64,000 nt of DNA, from positions 41,480,001 through 41,544,000 of the forward strand of contig NC_087447.1 of assembly GCF_036321535.1 (NCBI RefSeq), read 5' to 3'. Position numbers and translations under genes: made by a program. Source of the DNA: Camelus dromedarius (taxonomy: Eukaryota). Below are positions 50,941 through 64,000 of this stretch, one piece after another (within the stretch, counting starts at the first letter, position 1; each line of letters begins with the position of its first letter). The notes beneath the pieces are model-generated. The model was given only the letters and a program-made list of their open reading frames with translations. It was not told the origin of the DNA and searched no databases.

Positions 50941-53264
50941 GTGAGAGTGATAGAGGCTTCCAGCTCTGAGCTTAAACTATTTTGGTGGTTAGAACCACAT
51001 TTAATAGTATAATACAGTGAAAATAAATGTTAATAATGTGGTTATATTTTGGTCATTACTGACTATTTATTTATAAAACTATGTAAAACAGTTTTGATAC
51101 TGTTATTGCCTTCTAGGTTAACTATTTGAATCTCAATGGTTGTATAATTGCCATATTGTAGAGATTTTTGTACTCAAGGAAGGTGGTAGTAAACTCATTC
51201 TTACCTTCTTTCTACCTCTCTTTTTGGATTTTAACTGACTGGAATCCTAAGGTGACACCCTACTTAGCTCTAAGATGACTCCTTAAAAATTAAAGTTATT
51301 TTAGGAGATTATTTCTTTTAAGAACACTAAGTTTCATTCATTAAATAATTTTAAAATCCATTAGAATGGTTTGATTTGGGGGGGATATAGTAATTTTTAG
51401 TTATAGAGTGGATTTTTCACCATCAATGCACTATGTTTCTTATTTCATCTCTAAATTTTAGATAATTGAATATATCAGCTGTGCTAAAAAATATGATGGC
51501 AGCTGTCACAGAGTATTAGGAAGCCTCATCCAGTAATGAGTAGATTAGAATAGGTGGTTCTTAACCTTTTTGAGGCCACAGACCTTTGGTCTAAAACAAA
51601 CACAATAAAATCATCTATATGCATACGAACAATAAGTTGGGCATTTATGAATACCTAGAATCCCATTCCTGATCAACCCATAAAGAACTCCTGGGTAAGG
51701 AGATTTTTTTCTTTTGTATCATGGACCCTGGATATTACCCAAGTAATATGCCACATTTCCCCAGTAGGTTGATTGCCACTACTATGTCATAAGTATGGTA
51801 GGATTGATTATGTTTAGTTGATCAAATTTGAAGGTTTAAGTAGTAAAAGAACTTTAAAGAGAATTGGAGGAGCAAAGACAGCAGATCTTAACTCCAGACT
51901 TGGCTAAGTTGAATTGCGCCTGTTAGAGTTTACAGTTGATTTAGAAAAAGTATATAGTATAGCTTAATACCATTCACCTGGGTCTGTCCACATTGAACAT
52001 TTGCTTATTGATTTTTTTTTAAGTTCAAATGTTAAAAAGCACTAAAATAGCTGCCAGAGAACCATCATTCAAAAAATTTTGCATTATTCATCACAAAGGT
52101 AGCTAATGTGATACTGGTGTGGGCAGCAGTGTAACTTTATACGGTATATAATGTGTTACAAATCATAGTAACAGAATACACACTGAAAGCTTGTTCCGAG
52201 ATTGTATTTTGTTATTTATACTTTGATTCTTGGGCTCAAAAATTGTATACCAACCACATATTTTTTCCATTTTCTGTTTTCTTTGTTTTTGTTATTGGGT
52301 TTATATTATATTTTCCATTAAATTCACTGGGGGGTTTTTAACACTGTTATAAATATGCAAACCCCCAAAAAAGAACTTTGGGAATCTGCAACTTGTGACT
52401 CTGCAAAGGAGTAAGATAAGGAAGAAATGAAAAACTGGGCTAAAAACATGTAAAATCCATTCAAATAGTCTAGGTATCTCCCATACTCCCATCGTCCTAT
52501 AGCTGTGAGTTTACACTGCACACAATCTTTCAGGACAGTTTGAAAGTCACTTTCAGAGGACAGGTGGGTGAATTTATAAGAACTCTAGTGACAGAGGTCA
52601 TTTCTGAAAATCACACATTCTTTCTCCTTTTCTTGCCCTCTTCTGCGCAGTAACCATCTAGCTGATCTTGTCAGTTCTACCTCTACCAGGTTTCACCTCC
52701 AGTGTATTTTTAAGACAAAGTTTACACTCTGGAAGAGACTGTAACTAATGCTCAGGCCCCTCTTTCTTCTCATCCAAATTATCTTAGATTCTGTGATTAA
52801 TCTCCACATCTTCAGACTCTTCTCCTAATTCTAATTTATGATGCTGTGAGAATAACCTTTCTAAAGCACAACTCTCATCACATCACTTTTCTGCTTAAAA
52901 TTCCTCAAAAATTCCTCCTTGGCTACAAAATAGTCCCAACTCTAGCCTGGCATTTGAAGCCCTCTGCAATATGGCTCCATGCTATCTTTTCTGTTTTATT
53001 TACCACTATCCTTTTCTGCAGTCTACAGTCTCACCAGGCTTAACTAATTTAAGTCTATGTAGCTGTTACTTTCCCATCTTGGTGCCTCTGCTCGTTGAGT
53101 TCCCTCAACTGGAATGTCCATTCTTCTGTCATTTAAATTGCCATTTGGCTACAAGTCACAGAAAAACCTCTGTTCCACCAGTTTAAACAAAATAGTATTT
53201 TGTCACTTATCAAGAAATCCTTTTATTAAAGTAGCCCCTGGATTGGTTAATTCAAAGACCTAGG

Positions 53265-53700
53265 GCCTAGAGATTATCACTAAGTGAAGTAAGTCAGACA
53301 GAGAAAGACAAATATTTTTTGACATCACTTATATGTGAAATCTAAAAAAACTGATACAGATGAAATTATTTACAAAACAGAAACAGACTCAAACATATAA
53401 AACAAACTTACAGTAACCAAAGGGGAAAGGGCCAGGAGGAGGGGTAAATTAGGAGTTTTAGATGAACAGATAGACACTACTATATATAAAATAGATAAAC
53501 AGCAAGGACCTACTGTATAGCACAGGGAACAATAGTCAGTATCTTGTAATAACCTATAATGGAAAAGAATCTGAAAAAGAATAAATATATGTATATGTAT
53601 GTATGTAACTGGATCACTTTACTACACGCTTGAAACAAACACAACATACATCAATAAGCAAAAAAAAAGAAGAAAAACCCCCAGAAACAACAACAAAAAA
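53265..53700 (+). mobile_element. L1 3'UTR fragment
   Basis: ctaagtgaagtaagtcagacagagaaagacaaata...gacctactgtatagcacagggaac...A-rich tail. Confidence 0.85.
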
Positions 53701-54954
53701 ACCCAAAGACTTAGCAGATCCCTCTTTCCGACTCTGGGTCAATATTTGCTCACATCCCTTTCTTATACCTACACTGGCAGAGGGGATGTGATGACTGTGA
53801 TTGATTTAGATTAGACTAACCAAGATTGACTCCTGAGTCATTTCAAGAAGTGGTAGACAGACACCAAAACAAAATTAGAGCTCTGCAGGCAGTGAAAAGT
53901 GGGAATGGCATTTGGGTAATCGGTCGATAGTTTCTGCCACATCTTTTATTTCTGCATATCTAAACTTAATGTCTCTTTAAAGGTCCACCTCAAATACCAT
54001 TTTATCCATAAAGTCTTCCCTAACAGAAATTCTCTTGGCTCTTCTAAACTCCAACAGTACTTTATTTGTACTTCATGATTAAATACTACGTTAAGAATAA
54101 AATTATTTAGTTTCTTAGTTCCCCTAGTAGGTATTCGGCTTCTGAGGACAGGAACTCTGTCTAGATTCATTCTAGTATCTTACAGCCTCCAGTGTTTTGT
54201 ACCTGGTAGGAACTGAATATATCTTGAGTGAACAAAAATCTGTTGAAGAAATATTCTTGTTTTAAGTGACTGGGATATATTGAAGCTTTGTTTATTGATA
54301 CAGTAAAGTACCTAAATTACATTCTATCCATCTTTATTTTATAAAATACTCAGCTCACATCAAAGGGACCAATATGAATTGTAGAAAGCTGTAGGAATCA
54401 GAAATTCCTTATTTTTCTGCTGCTCCTCTTTGGCAAATACAGAATTAATGTTTAATTTTACTATTGGTCACATTTTTTCTTTTTTTGCTGTAGTATCTTT
54501 AACCATTAATTACATCTTTAAAATAAGATTCTAAGAGAAACAAAAATACTAAAGACAGAGGCAGTCAGATTTTTCATTTGTATAATTTTTCTTGATTTTA
54601 GCTCTAAAGAAATGTTTCATTTGCATTTCTTAGGTTCTTTTTGAAAGGATATGAGAAGTCAGTGTTTACATTAGGGAAAAAAAAGAGTTTAAGTCCAATA
54701 GAAAAAACTGATAGACTGGAATTTCATATTTCTTAACCTTAAGCAACTAAAAACAATTTATAGTAAGACCTTATCTTGACTATCTGCTGTGATGATTATA
54801 CTCAGTTTAATTCATTATAGAAATAATCTAAATGATGTTTAAATGGAATATTTTGTGGAAATAGTATTAGAAAAATTCATGGGTTAATTAAAATTATGCA
54901 CTAAGGTGGCTGTTAAGAAACTTTACTAATTATATTATTATCATCTGTCTTGCT

Positions 54955-55830
54955 ACGTAGACCAAATCCTTGGAGTCATCCTTAATGTGTCTTTTTCTGT
55001 CATACCCCGCAATCAGTGCATAAGTGAATCCTGTCAGGTTTCTGTTCAGAATATATTCAGAATCTGGCAACTCTCACCATACCATCTTCACTACTATCAC
55101 CTTATTCCTAGCAACCATCGTCTCTCACCGGGATTATTCCAATAGCTTTCTAACTGGTCTCCCTGCTTCTGCCCTTATTCCATTCATCTGATCTCAGCAC
55201 CACAACCAGTCTATTCCACTCATAATCTGAAATGAAATCAGATAGTACTCCTTGGCTCAAAACCCTCCAGTGACTTCTCATGCACTTGGAATAAAAGCCA
55301 AAGTCATTATTATGATCTGCAAAGTCCTATACATTCTGTCCCTGCCTCACTCCCTAACCTTATCTTCTGCCAGTCCTCCCTCCCTCTCATTCTTGTGTTA
55401 AATGCCTAGGATATATTGAAGCTTTGTTTATTGATACAGTAAAGTTCCAGCCACCCTGGGCTCCTTGCTGGACTCTGTGCTCCTTGCCAGGAGCACTTCT
55501 GCTTTTGGACTTCCCGTTCCCTCATCCTGGAATGCTCCCGCCCCCTATATCCATATGATTCATTACATCTCTTCTGGTTCTTAAATATCACCTTCTCTGT
55601 GAGGCCTTCCCTGCAACCTTTCAGCATTTTCTCTCCTCTGCTTAATATTCTTCATAACACTTATTTCTAATCTGTAGTTTGTTTATCTGTCGCTCCTACC
55701 TATAGTGTAACCTCTGTGAGGGCAGTGATTTTTGTGTTTTTTACACACTGTGTCACCAGTGCCTGGAGCAGTACACATAGTACCTATAACATCTACATAA
55801 TAGGTACTCAGTAAATACTTGTTGCATGAA
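54955..55830. mobile_element. L2 fragment
   Basis: ccttggagtcatcctt...aactggtctccctgcttc...aaaaccctccagtgacttc...taggtactcagtaaatacttgttg. Confidence 0.8.
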
Positions 55831-56159
55831 TCCTATGATTATAATAATTGCAATTTGATAAACTTGCCTGTTAAATACTAAGTTTATATGAATTATTCCC
55901 CAATCTTTTCTGAACTGTGCAGTTCCAAAAGAAGACTGGTCCAGTTTCCTCAGCTCTGAAAGCCTTATTTTGTAAGCCTCCATAAATTCCTGTCAACTTT
56001 AATTCTGTTTATTTGTTCTCTACCCCATGTATAGTTTTGTCACAGAGAATCTTACATATTTGCAACTCCATATAGACTTTACTTTCCCACAATTTTAATC
56101 AATTTTCTGATTATTAGAGATGGTTCTACAATTTTCAGTGTGGAATCTGATTCATATTT

Positions 56160-56241
56160 TTTTAATTGAATTACAGTCAATTACAATGTGTCAATCTCTG
56201 GTGTACAGCACAATGTCCCAGTCTTGCTTAAACACACATAT
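56160..56241 (-). mobile_element. ~80-bp L1 3' tip with ~19-bp TSD
   Basis: TSD tggaatctgattcatattt 56141-56159 vs tggaatcagattcatactt 56242-56260. Confidence 0.8.
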
Positions 56242-57380
56242 TGGAATCAGATTCATACTTGATTCTTAGTTTTTTCCCTTACTGCCTTCTCAAGTAGTAA
56301 ACAATTAATAAACATTAGTTACAACTAATTTTATTTTATTCCAAATATTGAAAGTTGCTATCATCATGTTTTTTAAATTTGTAACCTAACTACTTCACTT
56401 TCTCATGCCCCCAGTCCCATCAACACATTTAAAAACGTATTTCATTTACAATTTTAAGGCTCCCTCCATATGTCTCCCTGCATTCTTCATTTCTTTCTAA
56501 ATGTTTTCTGATTTTGTTTGTTCCATTTACTTTGACATGCACTTTGATTTCACTGCTTGCTTCTGTTCCTACAGTCTTCCATACTGTCTCCTGTCCTGAA
56601 AGAAAGTCTTTCACACTCTAATCTGTCTCTGGTTACTTCAGGTTCTTCATTCAAGAATATTATGCCCTCAACCCTACTGGCTTTGGTCATTTCAAAAGAG
56701 AATATGTGCCCTACTTCATGAGGCCCCAAGACTTATGAAGGCAGTATTGTCTCTCCTTACCTATTATCTCATCCTTGCCCCAAATATCTCCTCACAGTAA
56801 GAATGTAAGCTAGAGTAGGGAGAGGAACAACCTGTAGGCCAGTAAATGGGTTTTTTGCTAAAGCTCAAAATGGTCTTCTGGGAAAAATACAAACACTTTT
56901 GTTAGGATTTATTTTAATGCAAATTTTTTCTTTCATTTGGAAGTTTTGATACATAATAGAACTTAAGATATTCAAGAAAGCAATCTGTTGTTTCATTTAT
57001 TTAGAATGATGTGGTTGTTGGATTGAAATAAATCTTTAATAAATTATTTAGAAATTAAAATGAAAATAATTGTCAATACTGATCTCTTAAGTCTGGAAAA
57101 GTTGTCTGACCTTAGCAACTCTAAACAGAATGATGCCTAATCAACGCTACAGGGTTGAGCATCAAATGAGATTAAATTATGTGAGTATTTGAACCCCACA
57201 AATGTAGGGGACAGGATATTATTCATTTGCTGAGATTCTTGCTCTCTTGGTAGGTAATTTGCAAACCTTGAAAACATCTGTTTCCTAGGATATTTGACTA
57301 AATATTTGTTCACCCTTTCGGAGAAAAATTGACAGGAAAAATTACCAACTTGTTTTTTCATTTTCTTTATATTAAATTAG

Positions 57381-57562
57381 ATTAACAAAAGCAGTGGCAT
57401 TGTGGAAGCATCACGGATCATGAATTTGTACCAGTTTATTCAGCTTTATAAAGATATCACAAGTCAAGCAGCAGGAGTATTGGCACAGAGCTCCACCTCT
57501 GAAGACCCTGAGGAAAACTCTTCATCTGTAACATCTTGTCAGGCTAGTTTTTGGATGGGAAG
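57381..57562 (+). CDS. RNF141: RNF141 exon 4
   Basis: [64 protein letters not shown] bounded; 182 nt. Confidence 0.94.
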
Positions 57563-60500
57563 GTATACGAATGCATAAATACCATGGTTCTTTTATTTTC
57601 TAACCTGCAAACTACGAAATCTCATTAATTTTTACTGGTGTTCTGTGACATCTTAAATCCCATTACTTTTTGTCCCAGCTGATACTATATCACACATCAG
57701 CTTTTGAATTACTCTGTGCTTCAGGACATTGTTAGAGTGCCAAATTGAAGAAAAACTAAAGTGGCTCACACCAGGTAATGTTTCTGTCAACCCAGTTTCC
57801 ACTCTTCATTCTGCCTGCTTGCACTTAATGACAAAAGATACAGTTTGTACCCCTCTTATAATAGGAATTTAGGTTCTTAGATAATTGAAGCCCTTCAGGG
57901 AATTAGGTCCAAGAATCTGGCAAAACCATTCCAGTTTTTCTTAAAGATATCTGACTAATTGGAGCATTAATGTTGTAAATATTGGCTCTAGGACTTGGCA
58001 GTTCATTCAGGAATGAACAAGTAGTTGGTGCACATATTGCATGTACTGAGTTACCAAAAGGAAATGAAATCAGCCAGCATTTCTGTGGTGGTGCTTGTTT
58101 ACTCAGGCCTAATGTATTATTCCATCGAAACTTTCTTTTCCTTCTCTATACTGCTTTTGGCATGTGAAAGCTCACACCTGTTGCCATTTGACAACCATGA
58201 CCATAATTTAAATTTGTAAACGCCTCATTGGAAAAAGGCTTACGTGGGTCCAGACATGTTGACATCCTGTCTTACTGTCATACAGGGTAGACAGCACAAA
58301 TCTGTACTGATAGTGTATTTTATCTTAAAGTGCAGAATATGCTTAACAAGAACTTCTCTTTTATTGTTCCATTTGCAATTGCATTTTCCAATCCATTCTT
58401 AACCAACTGGTTTCCAGATACTATGTTGTAGCAAAATTGTATTTTAACTTATTATTTCCTGTTTATCTTTAATAGAATTGTTTGGCTTTCATGTTTGGGC
58501 TGTACAAGTATTATGATGAAATGCTAAATGAGCTTTAGAACATTACAGGCAGCATTTAGGCTTATCTTTCCTATATTTTGTGAAGTTACTCTTTCAAAGA
58601 CAGGCATCTGATTTTCTGCTTTTCTTTCCTCTCTATCTTCTGAACAGTGATTTTTTTTTTTAAAGTATTTTGAAAGTTGAGAACAGTATTTACTAAGCTC
58701 TATGGTAGCAAATGAAATGAAAGTAATACTTTTTTCTTGTATCTTAATGAAGGAGGTAAGGGTTTTATCCTTTTTCATGCACCCTTGAGACTGGGAAACT
58801 CAATGCCTGATTGGTAGGTTAGGGCTGCTTCTTGCCTTTGTTTTTCAGTTTTTTGTTACACCCTGATATACTTAGATCATGGAAGAACAGACTTTTCAGG
58901 TTGAGAGGGGTCTTAAGAGGTTTTTTTTTTTGGTTCAGCCTTATGTCTGATGCATTTTTCTACTAGTGGTTTACGTTTGTTGAGTACTACTTACAGGGTA
59001 TTAGGCGTTGTGATGAGTGCTTTACATGTATAACTCATTAAATCCTTGTACCAACCCCATGGGAATACAATTATTGGCCCATTACAGATGTAGAAATTGA
59101 AGTTTAGACAAGTAAGTGACATGGCTAGAAATTGGCCGGGCTGAGACACACATTCAAGCCTGTCTGACAATACAGCTGTGCTCCTAACCTCTGCGTTAGT
59201 TCTCTCTGGTGCATGAAGATCCTGTACTGCAGTGCTTCTTAAACTTTGATATTTAGTGGTTTTGAGGAGGAGCCTGAGGTTCTGTCAGGCTCCCAGGTGT
59301 TTCACTGCTGCTTCTCCACAGATAGCACTTTGAGTAGTGAGACACTACTTACTACACTTAGCCGAGTGGTAGTCCAACTTGAACACCCGCACTGTATGGT
59401 ACTCACTGCCTCAGAAAGGTAAGCCTTTTAATACACAAATGGCTTTAATCACTGCGCAGTTTTCTCTTTTGCATTGTGTTCCTCAGAGCCAAAATCTGAT
59501 TCTCCTAAGGCAGCACAGCACAGATTCCAGAACCAAATTGCCTGTGGTCAGCTCCTGGCTCTACTCCTAATTGTGTCACTTTGGGCAAGTTATTAAACCC
59601 CTCTTTCCTCATCTTTTGAAAGAGAGTAAAATCTACTTCATAGGACTCTTGAGAGAGTTAAGTGAGTTAATATACATAAAATGCTTAGGAGAATGCCTGG
59701 CCCATAATAACATGGCTGTAAGAGTTAACTATCATAATTATTAAATTATTACCATATTCTACTTATTTCAGTGGCAGTGTCCTCTGGAATTCCACCACCA
59801 AGTCTGTTCTCTCTCCCAGTCCTTCTAATATTTCAAAACAGTAATCAAGTTCTTACTGAGCATCTGTTCTCCAGGATAAGCCTCCCCATTTCCTTTGGCC
59901 TTTGTTTATGTGGTCTCTTCTACATCCCAGAGGCTTTCCTGTGTGATCTTTTATCTGTCCATTTGTCTTTTGGGGGTAGGGGCAGAGAACTGGATTCTCC
60001 ACTCCACAAGTGGTCTAACAAGGACAGACAGCAAGACTCTTTCTCCTTCCTTCTTCTGGTCACTGTACTTCTAGGGAGGTAGCAAAAGAATCAAGTGAAC
60101 GTGGTACAGGTTCGACTGCTGCTTCCATGTGTCCTCTTCTTTCTCTTACCTCCATCCAGAACACTCTTCTTCATAGCCCTCTGCTACTCGCTTTTAAACT
60201 CTGACCTTTAGAGCTCTGTCTCTCTTTATGGATACAGTTATATTCTCTGCTACTGACACCCAAGTCCACACCCTTAGACATAAATTGTAAGCTCCTCAAG
60301 AGCAGAGACCCCAGTTCTTCTTGGTCTGGCACAGTGTATAGCATCTAAAAGGCACTTAAACATTGAACTGAATAGATAACAGAAAAAATCAAATACATTA
60401 GGCCCACATCCATCTAGGTCTTCATTCAGTTTCCCCATTTCAATTCAGAAGTTGCCCACTTTCATGCATTGCTAAAGCATAGCATTTAATCTTGTTACCA

Positions 60501-60857
60501 CATCCTGATTTGTCTTTTGTAATGCCCATCCGACCAGGCCCGAATTATCTCCCAGGTGAATAGCTGAAATAAGGATCTGATTGGTGTTCCTCCATCTAGA
60601 CTGTCCCTCATCCTGCTGTCCCAGTTAAAAGCATTATTTCCAGTGGGGGTTCCCTTGCCCCTCCAGTACGTCTTCCCTAGTATATTTGCTATCCCTAAAA
60701 GATAAGTTAACTCACTCTGACTTTGCATGAGTCATATTGTGCTCTATGTTGAAGGCACACAGATGTTTGATAATGCTTTTGAAGGCAATGGAAACAAAGT
60801 GTACAGCACAGTGACAGCAGAGAACATCATTGCTCCAGCTCAGTTTTCACATTGCAG

Positions 60858-60965
60858 GATAAAGCAGCTGACTGACGAGGAGGAGTGCTGTATCTGTATG
60901 GATGGTCGAGCTGACCTCATCCTGCCTTGTGCTCACAGCTTTTGTCAGAAGTGCATTGACAAATG
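60858..60965 (+). CDS. RNF141: RNF141 exon 5 (C3HC4 RING, first part)
   Basis: [41 protein letters not shown] donor; 108 nt. Confidence 0.96.
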
Positions 60966-61429
60966 GTAAGTAATCTACTGCCTTCATGGGGTAGGCAAAG
61001 GTCAAGTCCAAGAGTGTATAGGAAACTTCAAAAAATACAAAACCATCAAAGTTAAGTATAAGAGATTTTGTTCTTTAGTACTTTGAATTTTATGACATGC
61101 CTCCTACTGGTTAAAATATTTTTATTTTTGTATCTAAAGTTTATAAAATGTGGGGATGTATCCTAGTTTTGACAGTTAACTTTTGCTGTAAGGAGATTTG
61201 TGCCTGACTTGAGTTTAGAATCAAACATTTCCCTTTTTCTTCCATTTATCTCTTCATTTCTACATTTTTCCTCTATATATGATTAGAAGGAATAATATGA
61301 ATCTTTGAATATTGGACTTAGAACTTTAGAGAACCGCTAGTCAAGCTCACTGTTTTACAAAATAAGAATCAACCATTTATGGTAATTTATAATTGACATA
61401 CAATAAACTTCATATTCCATAAGATTGAA

Positions 61430-62960
61430 TGTCTGAATAACATTTTTGAAAGATATTTTTTCTGGATGTAGAGTTCTAGACCGATAGTAACTTTTCTCTC
61501 AGTACTTTAATGATGTTGCTCCACCCTCTTCTTGCTTACATCATTTCTGATGAGAAATCTGCTCTCATCCTCATCTTTTTACCTCTGTAAGTAATGTGCT
61601 TTTTTTCTCTGGCTGCTTTTAAGGTTTTTTTCCTTTATCACTGATTTTGAGCAATTTGATTATGATGTGCCTTAGAGTAGTTTTCTTCATGTTCCTTGCA
61701 TTGGAGTTACAGGTTTATAGTATCATCGGTTTTGGAAATTTTTCAGCCAGTATTTTCTCAAATTTTTTTTTTCTGTTCTCTTTTCTCCCTTCTCCTTCTG
61801 GGACTCCGGGTACACACACATTAGACCACTTGGGGTTGTCCCACAGCTCACCGATGCTGTCTTCTTTTCTGAGCATCTTCTCTGTATTTCATTTTGGATA
61901 GTTAATATTGATTTATCTTTTCAAATTCACTGATCTTTTTTTTCTACGGTGTCTGACTTGCCATTAATCCCATACAGTATATTTTTTTTTCTTCAGATAT
62001 TTTAGTTTTCACCTCTAGAAGTTTGATTTGAGTTTAATATCTTCCACGTATTTGCTAAATATATTTGGTCTTTCCTCTAGTTTTAATACTTGGAATACAG
62101 TTATCATAACCTTTAATTTTCTTGCTGTTAATTCTATCTGTGTCAGTTCTGGGTTAGTTTTGATTGATTTTTTTCTCTTTATTTTGGGTTGCATTTTTCT
62201 GCTTCTTAGTAGTTCTTAATTGAGTGCCAGATATTGTGATTTTTTTTTTTTTACCTTTTGGGTATAGGACATTTTTGTATTCTTATAAAGCATTCTTGAG
62301 CTTTGTCCTGGAATATAGTTACTTGGAAACAGTTTGATTCTTTTGAGTCTTGCTTTTATGGTTTGTTAGGCAGGACCAGAGCGATGTTTACAGCTAATTT
62401 GCCCCACCTAATGAGGCAAGCCTCCAGAATCCTCTACTCAATGCTCCATGATTTACGAGGTTTTCCAGTGTGGCTGGTGGGAACAGGTAATGTCCAGGCC
62501 CTATGTGAGCTTTGGATACTGGCCTCTCAGATCCTTTTGGGTTGTTCCTCAGCCCCAAGTAGTTTCCTCACATGTACACACTGATCATTACTCTCCCGAA
62601 TATACTTTATGGGGACCTTCAGTAGACTCCAGGATTCTCCTCGTGTGTAGCTTTCTCCTCTCCAGTACTCTGCCCTAGCTGCCTTGGCTTCCCGAGATTC
62701 TCAGCTCTGTCTCGTCAAGTCAGGGAGCCTGCCAGGCTCCGTCTAGGTTTCCCCTACGTGCTTTGCCGCCTGGAAGCTCTCGAGGCAGTAAGCTGGGGCA
62801 GTTATAGGGCTCACCTTCTTTTGCTCCTCATCCCTCAGGGGTTGTAAATCCTTTGTCGTTTTGTGTCTAGTGTTGAAAACCGTTGTTGCATGTATTTTGT
62901 CCTGTGTTTTAGTTGTTTTAAGTGGGAAGATAAATTTGGTCCCTGTTGGCCAGAAGCCGA
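61430..62960 (-). mobile_element. Old L1ME-type fragment (5'/ORF1 region)
   Basis: T-rich antisense L1 motifs (ttctgatgagaaatctgct; ttgagcaatttgattatgatgtgcctt); no intact ORF. Confidence 0.65.
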
Positions 62961-63798
62961 TGCTGACTGTTTTAAAACTGTGATTTTTATGCACAGAAAA
63001 GCCCATAAAGTTATCTTGAAAAATATCTCTGAGGAACCAGAATAATACATGTCAAATCTACTTTCCTATTTAATTTTTGGAACAGATTTCTAAATTTTTG
63101 CACAAAAGCCAAAGAGCAATTGATATAATTTAATTACTTTGCTCTCTGACTTCACTGAGAGATGAAGAGAAAATCATTTTCCCTGTATGACATTGTTCTG
63201 GATCAAATAAGTTATTTTTGAAATTTCTAAAATAATGTTTGACAAGACCAAAAATACCTTTGGAAAATGTAATTTTGTTAAAGTGATCATAAATAAGTTT
63301 TTCCTCCTCCCAAAGTTATTCTTCATGTAAAGTTTGTGTGTGTTTGTTTTTTTAAGCCTTGAATGCTTTCATTCCATTATTTATAGCAGCAACAAGCTAA
63401 GGAAAAACCTAAAAATCCTTCTGTGTGAATCTGGTTAAATGAATTATAGCCTATCCATACAGTGTATGTTTAAAAAGAATAGACAGTTCTAACCAGTGCT
63501 GATACAAAATAGCCCACAAGATACATTAACAGGTGAAAAGAGCAGTGATGTATATATTACACACAAGCTTGGTCATGCTTAATCTAGCTCTAGAAGAATG
63601 TATAAGAAACTGGTAACAGTGGTTGCCTCTGGGGATAAAAATTAAAGATTGGGATAGGAGGGAGAGAGAGGTTTTCACTGTGTACTTCTATGCTGTTTAT
63701 TTAAAAAAAACCACGTACATGTATTACATTTCGAATCCTTTTTTTTTAAATAAGAAGGAAAAGAGAACAAACTTTTCTTTATTTGACTTCTCTAATAG

Positions 63799-63949
63799 GA
63801 GTGATCGACACAGGAATTGCCCTATTTGTCGCCTACAGATGACTGGAGCAAATGAGTCTTGGGTGGTGTCAGACGCACCCACAGAAGATGACATGGCTAA
63901 CTATATTCTTAACATGGCTGATGAGGCAGGCCAGCCCCACAGGCCATGA
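63799..63949 (+). CDS. RNF141: RNF141 exon 6 (RING end and C-terminus)
   Basis: [50 protein letters not shown]; coding exons sum to 693 nt = 230 aa + stop. Confidence 0.96.
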
Positions 63950-64000
63950 CTTTGGGGTGAAGTGTTTCTATTAGGGGCTACAAACACTCCGGTCATGGGG

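Noticed and set aside
1..64000. CRISPR arrays, operons or other prokaryotic systems
   Set aside because: Spliced mammalian genes and retroposons throughout; no repeat-spacer arrays seen.

Overview
Mammalian genomic DNA, most likely camelid (two tRNA-Ala-derived Vic-1-type SINEs, young lineage-specific L1s). It carries the conserved syntenic block IRAG1/MRVI1 (last coding exon and 3'UTR), LYVE1 (all 6 coding exons, 324 aa) and RNF141 (CpG-island promoter, non-coding exon 1, 5 coding exons, 230 aa), all on the + strand. Exon boundaries were set by hand from GT/AG sites; both complete CDSs splice into intact frames (975 and 693 nt). The rest is intronic/intergenic DNA rich in L1, L2, MIR, MaLR/ERV LTRs and microsatellites; most short ORFs in the track are spurious. 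I found no new protein-coding system. Best second-look items: an inverted L1 pair in RNF141 intron 1 sharing a frameshifting 5-bp duplication (probable gene conversion, long dsRNA); two minimal uORFs in the RNF141 5'UTR; possible LYVE1 intronic-polyadenylation isoforms; short locally templated insertions; two TSD-bounded solo LTRs. Repeat family names and human comparisons are from recall, not searches.
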